64,000 nt of DNA from Alphaproteobacteria bacterium (lineage in GTDB: Bacteria > Pseudomonadota > Alphaproteobacteria > UBA828): assembly GCA_965214705.1 (NCBI GenBank), contig OZ243972.1:1824001-1888000 (forward strand), written 5' to 3'. The first letter of the stretch is position 1. Each line of letters begins with the position of its first letter. Position numbers and translations under genes: made by a program. Shown in pieces: positions 1-9,500 of this stretch. The notes beneath the pieces were generated by a model. That model saw nothing but the letters and a program-made list of their open reading frames with translations, was not told the DNA's origin and searched no databases.

Positions 1-185
1 GACCCCTGGGAGATCGTCTGCGAGCGCGCCGGGCTCAAGGACATGCGGCTTCACGACTGCCGGCACTCTTACGCGTCCAGGGCGCTGGCGCTCGGCGAGA
101 GCCTGCCGATGATCGGGCGCCTGCTCGGTCACACGCAGGTGGAAACCACGGCGCGGTATGCGCACCTGGCGCAGGATTCGGTGAA
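1..185 (+). pseudogene. Tyrosine integrase catalytic C-terminal region (partial at window edge), interrupted by IS1634
   Basis: Frame +1 reads DPWEIVCERAGLKDMRLHDCRHSYASRALALGESLPMIGRLLGHTQVETTARYAHLAQDSV (HxxRH, LGH, catalytic Y). Confidence 0.9.
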
Positions 186-2281
186 CCCATCTTTGCCATT
201 TTGGCGCGCGCCTGCGACCTAAGTAGTTGCGATGATGGGCTGATTTTCTGGCCCATCTGGGATTATGGCACTACGTTTGTGCGCTCATCGCGACACTCCC
301 GGGAGCACCGCCCGGCGCCTGTGGGGATCCACCGTGAGGCCCGCCGCCTGCGCGATGACGCGCGCCTCGGCGTCGGGTTGAGCATCCTGGCGGATGACGA
401 TGCGGTTTCCGTCCACCTCCCGGATGGTGGAGGTGAGACGCACCCAGCCCGCGAGCTTGTCGCGGATCGTACTCCAGCGGTCATGCAAGCCGTGCGCCGC
501 CAGACGGGTTCGCAGCAGATGAACCGCGTGGTAGGCGAGGACGGCGATGAACAGGTGGGCGGCGATGCGCGAGGTCTTGGAGTGCCAGACCGGGCGCAGG
601 CCGATTTCGGATTTCAGGCTGCGGAAGGTGGCCTCGAGCTCTGTGAGCTTCCAGTAGGTTCGGACCACGGTTTCAAGATCCCACTCGACGTGGCTGGTGC
701 GCAGCACATAGATGCCCGCTTGGCGGTCGCGCTCGGCATGGAGAGCGTTGCGCCTCCAGCGGACCGCACTGGCCCGCCCCTTCTCTCCGGGCTCGACCTC
801 GATGTCGTACTGACGGTGGACGCGCCTGTACCTTTCCTTCAGCCGGCCCAGCTTCTCCATCACCTTGGTGAACTGCTTGATGTGGTTCTTCTTCGACAGC
901 CCGCCATGCAGGGCGCGCAGGGCGTCCTCGAAGTTGTGACGCTGACGGGCGAGCACGGCCTCGTCCTTCTGCTGGCGCTCATGGCTCCAGACGCACAGGT
1001 GCGCTTCGTCGTCCCCTGCCGCGAGACGCCAGGCGCGGGCATCGTGGCCGGCCCGGGTTTCGAAGGCGGCATCGGCTTCGCGCCCGGGCGGCGCCGAGAC
1101 GCCGCGGCGAACGGTGATCCAGTGATAGCCGCCCGCCCGCAGCCAGGCGAGGTTGGCCTCGGTGGAGATGCCGGCGTCCATGATGACCGTGGGCCTGGGG
1201 GCGTTGCTGCCGCGCGCTTGGCATTCCAGCCGCCCGATGGCGTCGGCGAGAGTGGCCGGCTCGGAGATGTTGCCGGGCAGGATCTCGCTGTGCTGCGGAA
1301 AGCCGGCCTGGTTCAGCGACAGGGCCAGGGTCACGATCGGACAATCGTCACGCCTCTGCTTCGAGCGCCCGAAGCGGGCCAGCGCGGAGCTGGGCCGTCC
1401 GGTCATATGGGTGTTGGTCAGGTCGAAGAAGACGATGGTGTCGGGGATGCCGAAGAGATCGCGCTCCCGGGCGCACAGCGCCTCTTCAAGCGCCGCGCGG
1501 TGACGCCACAAGAGGTCGCCGATGCGGTAGAGCTTGCTGAGCGTGAGCGACTTGCCGCTGTCGACATCGAGCAACTCCAGGGTCGCGCTGTTCGCGCTCA
1601 GCCAGCGGAAGGCCTCGCGCTCGCTGGAGGGATGGATCATGCGCGCGACCACCAGTGCCGCCGCGATGCGTGCGTCGCGCTCACTTGCGCCCAGCCTCTC
1701 CAGCGTCTCGATGAAGCGAAGGTCGTCAAGCGCGGCGAGAGCCAGGCGCTCGCAGCCCACCGAGCGGACCTGTTCGTGGGAGAGGCTATCGAGACGGACC
1801 GTGGCCAGGTCGCTCTCGTCCCCGGGCCGCGACGCGCCGAGATCGCGGGCGTGAAGCCGCCGTACGACGTCCTCGGCGACGGGGCGCAAGGCGGCATCCG
1901 GCTCCAGCAGCGGCTCGCTGCCGGCGAGAAGGGTTTCGATCAGAAGCGCCAATTCGCGCCATTGCTCCTCGGGCACACCGAAGTCGGCGCCGAGATTGAG
2001 GAGCGTGACCTGGCGCACCCTTCCGCCGATGCGTTCGCTGCGCACGAGGCGGTAGGTGGCATAGCGCTCGCCACCGTCTCCGCGACCGGTGAGGGTTTTG
2101 CGAATGAACATGGCGGCAGGGTCACGGACAGTTTGCGGACTGTCAAGGAGCGCCGGCCCACAGACCAAAGATTATGGCACTACAATGGACTTCCCAAAAC
2201 ACAATCCAACAAAATCAGTGCCTTAGATCCCAAAGGCTACCCAAAATCAGGCCTTCGGGACCGAAAAGTGGCAAAGATGGG
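186..2281 (-). mobile_element. IS1634-family insertion sequence
   Basis: Terminal inverted repeats CCCATCTTTGCCA (186-198) / TGGCAAAGATGGG (2269-2281); TGAA (or GTGAA if the right end is 2280) duplicated on both sides; removal restores the integrase frame. Confidence 0.9.
285..2111 (-). CDS. IS1634-family DDE transposase
   Basis: MFIRKT start, YRLVRSERIGGRVRQVTLLNLG, FFDLTN, VIMDAG, ELEATFRSLKSEIGLRPVWH motifs. Confidence 0.92.
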   Translation of the reverse strand: MFIRKTLTGRGDGGERYATYRLVRSERIGGRVRQVTLLNLGADFGVPEEQWRELALLIETLLAGSEPLLEPDAALRPVAEDVVRRLHARDLGASRPGDESDLATVRLDSLSHEQVRSVGCERLALAALDDLRFIETLERLGASERDARIAAALVVARMIHPSSEREAFRWLSANSATLELLDVDSGKSLTLSKLYRIGDLLWRHRAALEEALCARERDLFGIPDTIVFFDLTNTHMTGRPSSALARFGRSKQRRDDCPIVTLALSLNQAGFPQHSEILPGNISEPATLADAIGRLECQARGSNAPRPTVIMDAGISTEANLAWLRAGGYHWITVRRGVSAPPGREADAAFETRAGHDARAWRLAAGDDEAHLCVWSHERQQKDEAVLARQRHNFEDALRALHGGLSKKNHIKQFTKVMEKLGRLKERYRRVHRQYDIEVEPGEKGRASAVRWRRNALHAERDRQAGIYVLRTSHVEWDLETVVRTYWKLTELEATFRSLKSEIGLRPVWHSKTSRIAAHLFIAVLAYHAVHLLRTRLAAHGLHDRWSTIRDKLAGWVRLTSTIREVDGNRIVIRQDAQPDAEARVIAQAAGLTVDPHRRRAVLPGVSR

Positions 2282-2406
2282 TGAAGGAGTCGGCGGACCG
2301 GGTGGCCGACAGCATTGCCGGCGATCTTCTTGCGGAGTACGCGGGCTCAAGAGGCCGCGGATCCGTTTCCCCGATGACCCCTCGGAGCGGAACCGGATCG
2401 ACATGA
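2282..2406 (+). pseudogene. Separated 3' end of the tyrosine integrase
   Basis: Continues DSV-KESADRVADSIAGDLL...* in frame once the IS is removed. Confidence 0.85.
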
Positions 2407-2649
2407 AGGCGGCGCATGCGCCGCCGACAGACTTCTCAATGCGACGGACCGACTGGCGGACTCCACAGCCAAAATGATTGTGCTCTCGGCTCAAGCCTAT
2501 GATTTGGACCTTTCAGGATGGCGGATCACGATTGTTACTCTCAACGATTATGTGGTCACGCTCGAATTCTAAGGGACCGCCGCCCTGACGGCCGCTCTCC
2601 GATCCCTCAGGGTCCATCTCGCCGCGCCGAGCAATTAAGGAGCGTTGCA

Positions 2650-3318
2650 ATGGCTGACCTGACGATATTGGACAAAGCATCAGGACATCGCGCGGACTTC
2701 AATGCTCATCACAACGTAGCCCGCAATGTCGCTGTACTGCGCGCAGGTTTGCAATCCCTATATGACGAGGTGAAAGGTCTGGAAAAGCACTTGCCGGAAC
2801 ATGTCCACAGCATCATGAACTTCGACGTAAGCGGCGAATTCGCGTTGATGGCTGCGAAATTCGACTGGTTCAGCATCAGCATGGTGAATCTCATGCAGGG
2901 CGTCAGCTTACTTGACACGCTTTCGCGCCATGCACCGGGAATGGGTTATGAAGAATTTTCTTCGATGGAAGGAAAGATGAGGGTGATCGCCGATGAGGCA
3001 AAGCAATACGTCCCCACTATACCCGAGGCTCATGCGCTGTTGCTGTGGAGGCACAAGGTAGCGGCGCACCGATCAGGCATTTTTCCTCCGCCTCGTAAGC
3101 AGCAGGACGACGAAGCAACACGCCTCATTTCCCTGTTTGGCATTCAGGTGATGATTCAGAACGGGAAATACATCGCCCCGGGAATGAAGCCGGGCGAAAC
3201 AGAACAACTGCCGGAATGGTCTCTGACAGAGATCTGGGAAACCCTAGAAGCCAGTCGGTATGAATGGCTGAACGATGGCAGCTTCTTCGAAGGCATCAGC
3301 GGTGTGAGATTGATCTAG
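2650..3318 (+). CDS. Hypothetical protein, possible HEPN-like domain
   Basis: AAGGAG RBS before ATG 2650; lower GC than flanks; WRHKVAAH resembles the HEPN R-x4-6-H motif. Confidence 0.6.
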   Translation: MADLTILDKASGHRADFNAHHNVARNVAVLRAGLQSLYDEVKGLEKHLPEHVHSIMNFDVSGEFALMAAKFDWFSISMVNLMQGVSLLDTLSRHAPGMGYEEFSSMEGKMRVIADEAKQYVPTIPEAHALLLWRHKVAAHRSGIFPPPRKQQDDEATRLISLFGIQVMIQNGKYIAPGMKPGETEQLPEWSLTEIWETLEASRYEWLNDGSFFEGISGVRLI

Positions 3319-3399
3319 GATCGGGCCTCCTGTCGCCCCCCTAACGATCGCTCTGCGACCCGTCCGGGTCCATCTCCCCCCGCCGGGCTGGGCTTCGGC

Positions 3400-3775
3400 G
3401 CCGGCGCGATTGCGCAGCCGGTCACCGCCTTCCACCGGGCCTTCGCCGAAGAACATCTCGCGCGCCTGGTTCGGGTGTGGACCGGCCCGCCCGCGGCCTG
3501 CAGCGCCAGCTCCACCTGCATCCCGAAATCGCCGGCGATCAGGTCGCGCTCGTTGAACGTCACCTCCGCGCCGAGCGCGTGGGAGGACTTCTGCGCGATG
3601 TTGCGCGCGAGCGGCAGCAGCGCGTGCTAGTCGGCTGCTGGTGGCGCGCCACCGTGTTCGAGAACTTGGTGTCGGAGCTGCCGCCGACGGCGAAGGGCGG
3701 CACGCGAACAGCGCCTCGATCTCGCGGATGAGTTGAGCGTACGCAGAATATCTGCCGGGGAGTCGAGCGATTTCG
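3400..3775 (-). pseudogene. Degraded HK97-type phage portal protein, C-terminal fragment
   Basis: Across several frameshifts: REIEALF/RVPPFAVGGSSDTKFSN/LLPLARNIAQ..VTFNERDLIAGD/PNQAREMFFGEGPVEGGDRL, matching the portal C-terminal pattern. Coordinates approximate. Confidence 0.6.
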
Positions 3776-3963
3776 CTCGCATTATTTGATGTGTGGGGGC
3801 GGGTGCCCCCGGCGATCTTGCAAGAAGGCCTCCGGGGGGCTTGTCTCGGTGACGTGGCAATCATCCGGGACGCCCTGGGGGCGGTCGGCCGGCAATGGGG
3901 GATCCCGGTGCCGACGCGGATCCCCATGCCGCGGGGCCGGCTTCGCGGGACCCGCCTCCCGCC

Positions 3964-6267
3964 TCACCCGTCATCCGGCCCGAGCATGCGGTATCCGAGG
4001 CCGCGCTCGCTGAGGATGTATCTGGGGTTCCTGGCGTCGTCGCCGAGCTTGGCGCGGAGCTTGCGGATGGCGTTGCGCATGGTCTCCGGGTTGGCGCCGC
4101 CCCGGTCGCCCCACACCCGGCGCCGCAGCGTGTCGTAGGTGGTCGCCCCGCCGGCGTCGAGCGAGAGCGTGTGCAGGATCCTGTACTCGATGGCGGTGAG
4201 CCGCACCGGTTTGCCGGCGACGGTGACGCGTCGCGTCGCGCGGTCGATGGCGAGGTCGCCGAGCACGAAGGGCCCGGGCGCGGCACGGCGGTTGAGCGCG
4301 ACGCCCACCCGGGCCACCAGCTCGGCCGGCGAGAAGGGCTTGACGATGTAGTCGGCCGCACCCGCCTCCAGGGCCCGCGCGATGGTCTCGCCCCTTCCGT
4401 AGGCCGAGACGAAGATCACCGGCAGGTCGGCGAGTGCCGGCAGGGTGCGCATCAGCTCGATGCCGTCGGCGCCGGGCAGCACCAGGTCGAGCACCGCGAG
4501 CGCGGGCCGCCGGGTCTCGACCAGGCGGGCCAGCTCGCCCGACCCGGCGGCGGTGACCGGGTCGTAGCCCGCCGCCGCCAGTGCGTCGCGCATCCCGCGC
4601 AGCGCGTGCGGGTCGTCGTCCACCACCAGGATGGCGGTCCCGCCCGGCCCGTCCGGGGAGACGGACGCGGGGACGGCAGCGGCGGGAGCGTCCTCCACGG
4701 CCGGCAGGGTGAAGGTGATCGTGGTGCCGCGGCCCGGCCCGGCGCTCTCGGCCCGGATGCGCCCGCCATGGGCCTCCACCAGGCCCCGGCAGATGACCAG
4801 CCCGAGACCCGACCCGCCGCCCACGCCCCCGTCCATGTCGGCGTGGCGGCGGAACAGGTGAGGAATCCGCTCCGGCGCAATCCCCTCGCCGTCGTCGGCG
4901 ACCGAGACCGCCACGTGCGCGCCCTCGCGCTCCGCCGCCACCCGGATGGGAGAGGCTTCCGGCGAGTGCCGCGCGGCATTGGTCAGGAGATTGTCCAGCA
5001 CCTGCACGATGCGGCGCGGGTCCGCCATCACCCGGGGCAGGTCCGGCGGAAGGTCGACGACCACGGAATGCTTGCCGCCGGCGCCCGCGAACGCGGTCCG
5101 CGCCCGCTCGACCAGCCCGGCCAGATCCTGCGCCTCCGGATCGACCGGCATCACCCCGGCGCCGATGCGCCCGGCATCCAGCAGGTCGCCGATCAGCCCG
5201 TTCATGCGGTCGGCCTGCGCATCCACGATGCGCAGGAACTGGCGCAACTCCGCACGGTCGGGCTCGCGCGCGCCCTCCAGCGCCGCCGCGGCCGAGCCCT
5301 TGATCGCCGCCAGCGGCGTGCGCAGCTCGTGGCTCACCGTGGAGAGGAAGTCGGCCCGGGACCGCGCCAGCGCCTCGAACGGCTCGAGGTCCTGCAGGAT
5401 CACCACCAGCCGTTCCACCGCGCCGTCCTCGGCACGGATCGGGGTGGCGTCGAGGAGTGTCCGCACGCTGGCCCCGCCGGGCACCGAGAGCTCGACCTCC
5501 TCGGCGCGCACCGTCTCGCCGCGGCCGAGATCGTCGAGCGTGACCGCGCGCCCGTCGCCCCGCCGGCAGGTCATCGCGCCGGCCAGCCGCTCGACCGGGA
5601 GCTCGGGCGAGACCAGCCCCGCCACGATGCGCCTTGCCTCCCGGTTGAGCGAGGCGAGCGCGCCGGTGGCGGCGTCGAGCACCACCACGCCGACCGGGCA
5701 GGTCTCGACCAGCGCCTCGAGGTCGGCGCGGGCGCGCCGCTCCTCGCGATGGGCGCGCGCGTTGGCGACCGCGGCGGCGGCCTGGGCGGAGAGCAGCACC
5801 AGCACCTCCTCGTCCGCCTCGGTGAACCCGCCCTTCTTGGTGCCGAGGAAGAAACTGCCGACATGAGCGCCCCGGTGGCGCATCGGCGTGCCCTGGAACG
5901 CCCCGCAGTCGATCGGGCACGGCGAGGGGATCAGCGCGTTCACGAACTCCGCCAGGTCGGCCAGGCGGATCGGCGCGGCGAGGCCAGCGAGATGGGCAAA
6001 GAGGCCGTGCCCGTCGGGCCAGCCCTCCAGCGCCTGGTGCTCGTCCTCCGTCAGGCCGGAGGTGACGAAGTCGCCGGGGCGCCCCAACTCATCGACGGTG
6101 GCGATGGCGCCGCAGCCCGCGCCGGTGAGCGCGCGGGCGGCGTCGACCACCTCGCGCAGCACCGTGTCGAGATCGAGGCTCGCGCCGATGCGCAGCACCG
6201 CCGCGCTGAGCGCGCTCGGATGTGCGCCGTCATCCCCTTCCCGTGCCGTTTCGTCGCGTTCGGTCAA
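3964..6267 (-). CDS. Hybrid sensor kinase/response regulator (GAF-PAS-HisKA-HATPase-REC-OmpR-type winged helix)
   Basis: SHELRTPL H-box, NLLTNAARH N-box, DDGEGI and GSGLGL G-boxes, ILVVDDD/LDLVLPGADG/DYIVKPF receiver, IRKLRAKLGDDARNPRYILSERGLGYR DNA-binding domain. Confidence 0.93.
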   Translation of the reverse strand: MTERDETAREGDDGAHPSALSAAVLRIGASLDLDTVLREVVDAARALTGAGCGAIATVDELGRPGDFVTSGLTEDEHQALEGWPDGHGLFAHLAGLAAPIRLADLAEFVNALIPSPCPIDCGAFQGTPMRHRGAHVGSFFLGTKKGGFTEADEEVLVLLSAQAAAAVANARAHREERRARADLEALVETCPVGVVVLDAATGALASLNREARRIVAGLVSPELPVERLAGAMTCRRGDGRAVTLDDLGRGETVRAEEVELSVPGGASVRTLLDATPIRAEDGAVERLVVILQDLEPFEALARSRADFLSTVSHELRTPLAAIKGSAAAALEGAREPDRAELRQFLRIVDAQADRMNGLIGDLLDAGRIGAGVMPVDPEAQDLAGLVERARTAFAGAGGKHSVVVDLPPDLPRVMADPRRIVQVLDNLLTNAARHSPEASPIRVAAEREGAHVAVSVADDGEGIAPERIPHLFRRHADMDGGVGGGSGLGLVICRGLVEAHGGRIRAESAGPGRGTTITFTLPAVEDAPAAAVPASVSPDGPGGTAILVVDDDPHALRGMRDALAAAGYDPVTAAGSGELARLVETRRPALAVLDLVLPGADGIELMRTLPALADLPVIFVSAYGRGETIARALEAGAADYIVKPFSPAELVARVGVALNRRAAPGPFVLGDLAIDRATRRVTVAGKPVRLTAIEYRILHTLSLDAGGATTYDTLRRRVWGDRGGANPETMRNAIRKLRAKLGDDARNPRYILSERGLGYRMLGPDDG

Positions 6268-6509
6268 GGCTTCGTCCTCCCCGGCAACGGCCGCACCCCT
6301 TGCCGATGCGGGCCATAAGTCACTGTCAGGAGACTTTAGAGGACGTTTTGACGATATACAAGAGACTATGTTGTTCGTTTATCTGCTTCAAGATCTCCTT
6401 GACTTGCCGATTACATCACGTCTTCCGCGATAGTCTTGTTATGGATTACAATATGCATACGATATGCGGCTCAGGTTGCGAGAGAACGGCTTCATCGGGG
6501 GGTTGGGTC

Positions 6510-9500
6510 ATGCGAATCGGTTGGTCTGGAGCGTCGGACGGCAAGGCATGTGTTTCGGGTTCGGACAGCGAGCGAGTCCCTTCCGGCTCGCGCCTCGGCC
6601 CGCGCGGCGGTGCCGCTTCCCGCTCTTCCTTCCGTGCCTTCGCCGGCCTCCGCTCCGGCGCCGCGCACGCCCTCGCCGGGGCGTTCGTGCTCCTCGCCCT
6701 CGGCGTCCTCGCCGCCCCGCAGGCCGAGGCGCAGTCGGCCACTTACGTCGCCGTCATCGATGGTATTACACCTGGTCGTGGGTCGGAGGGGACGACGTTC
6801 GCGTTCCGAGTGCGGCTGGTTGACCCATCCGTAGGGTTCGTCGGGGCTCCCCCGGGCGGGCTGACGGTCAACCTGACCGTGTCCGACACGACGACAGCCG
6901 GCGCCGATTACGTGGCGCCGCAGAACGAGGGCGCGAAGACGGTGACGTTCAGGGAAGGCCAGTCGGAGGCCACGTACCGCGTCCCCACCGTCGACGACAA
7001 CCAGGACGAGCCTGACGGCACCATCAAACTCGCGCTTGCAGCCGGCAACGGCTACACGGTGAGTGAATCTCAGCCCTCTCAGACGCCGACCGTGACCGAC
7101 AACGACACGCCGGTACCCAATCTGACCGTCAACCCGGTCTCCGGCAACGGCGACAAGCTCAACGTGTCGTGGAGCGCGCCGACCGGCGTCAGTTTCACCG
7201 GATACAGTGTCCTGTGGAAGACCAGAAGCCAGACATACCTCCGCGGATCCCGTACCGGCTCCGCATCTTTCCTGGCCTCGACAACGAGCTATCAGATCAC
7301 CGGCCTGACGCCCGGCACCGAATACGACGTCCTGGTCAACGCCCTGACCCCTTCTTTTCGCGTTGTAGCCGGCTCCGGAACCTCCGCCACCACCCATTCG
7401 AACCGGGCGCCGGCGTTTTTGGCGCAGTATTACTTCTTCGAGCTGGCGGAGAACGACGACGGGAGCACGACGCCGGTGTCGCTGGGCAGCGTGTTGGCGT
7501 CGGACGCGGACGGGACCACGGTGAGCTACAGCATTACGGATGGCAACCCGGGCAACAAGTTCGCCATCTCCTCCACCGGCGCGATCACCTACACCGGCAG
7601 CGGCGAAAACTACGAGAGCTTCCGGCGCAACCGCGCGGGCTTCGGGACCCCGGACATGGCGTACGTCCTGACGGTGGAGGCGACCGATGCAGGAGGGGCG
7701 AGCGGCGCCGCGACGGTGCAGATAGAGGTGACGGACGTGGACGACCCGCCGGCCGCGCCGGCCGCGCCGACGGTGTCGCCGACGCAGTACACGACCACGA
7801 GCCTGGACGTGAACTGGGAAAGGCCGGCCAACGGCGGCCCGCCGATCACGAGCTACGACCTGCGCTACAAGAGGAGCGCGGACACGGGCTGGACGAGCGG
7901 CCCGCAGGACGTGACCGTCCCGGTTACGTTTACCAGGATGTCGGCCAGGATCACGGGGCTGACGGCGGGCACGGCGTACCAGGTGCAGGTGCGCGCGAGC
8001 AACGAAGAAGGCGACGGCCCCTGGTCGAATTCAGGGACGGGGACGACCACCGCCACTCCGCCCTCCGTAGTCGACGGCGTCACCGGGATCAACCTGACGC
8101 TCAACAGGAACAGCATCGACGAGGGCGGACAGGCGCAGTGGATCACGGCCACGGTGAGCCTGATCGGCCAGACCCGGTCGACGGCGACGAGCGTGACGAT
8201 AGACGGTGAAGGCATCACGACAGATCTCGACATCCTCACGTGGGCCATCCACAAGACCATCACCATTCCGGCCAACGCCCGTCGCGTGACGACCACCCTG
8301 GGCATCACGCCGTACGACGACTCGTACCATGAAGGCCCCGAGACTTTCAGGATCATCGCCGCCGCCGCCATCGGCGGTTATGAGCTGATCGACAAGGAGG
8401 TTGTGACCATCATCGACAACGACCTCGGGAGGCTGATCGGGCTGACCGTTACCCCGGTCCCCGGCACCACCGACTCGCTCAGAATTTCCTGGAACGCGTT
8501 TCCGGGCGCAAACGACTACCGGTTCGAGTGGAAGAGCGGCAACGCGGAATACCATCCCTCCAGCACCACAAGACTTCTTAGCGCCAACACCTCTACGACT
8601 CACTCGGGCCGGTCGCCTGGCACCACCTACACCTACCGGATCACCGCGCTGGACACGACGACCAACCCCCACACCGAGCTGGCGCAGGCCGAAGCCAGCG
8701 GGACCACCGCACTTCCGGCGATCACCAACTTTACCGTCTCGCCGGTCGATGGCGACGGGACGAAGCTCAGACTTTCCTGGGATGCGGTGCAAGGCGCAAA
8801 CAACTACCTTCTGGAGTGGAAGAGCGGCAACCAGGAGTACGCCACCACCGGCCGCCGCTCATTGGTTGGGAACGTCACCTCTGCGACGCCAACGGGCCTG
8901 TCGCCGGGCACGACCTACACCTACCGGCTCACCGCGCTGAACACGGCTACGAACCCCGACACGAAGCTGGCGCAGGCCGAAGCCAGCGGGACGACCTACG
9001 CACCACTCCCGACGATCGCCAACTTTACCGTCTCGCCGGTGTCTGGCGAGCCGACGAAGCTCAGCCTTCGCTGGGATTCGGTGCAAGGCGCCGGCAAATA
9101 CCGCCTGGAGTGGAAGAGCGGCGACCAGGAATACAATAGCGTTCGTAGCTCAAGTGTTACCATCACCTCTGCGACGCTAACGGGCCTGTCGTCGAGCACC
9201 ACCTACACCGTCAGGGTTACCGCGCTGAACACGGCCACCAACCCCGACACCGAGCTGGCGCAGGCCGAAGGCAGCGGGACCACCGCACTCCCGACGATCG
9301 CCAACTTCACCGTCTCGCCAGTGATGGGCGACGGGACGAAGCTCAGACTTTCCTGGGATACGGTGCAAGGCGCAAACAACTACCTTCTGCAGTGGAAGAG
9401 CGGCAACCAGGAGTACGTCAACACCGGCCGCCGCTCATTGGTTGGCAACGTCACCTCTGCGACGCCAACGGGCCTGTCGCCGGGCACGACCTACACCTAC

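Noticed and set aside
201-2477. 758-aa plus-strand ORF
   Set aside because: Antisense shadow of the IS1634 transposase in GC-rich DNA; no motifs.
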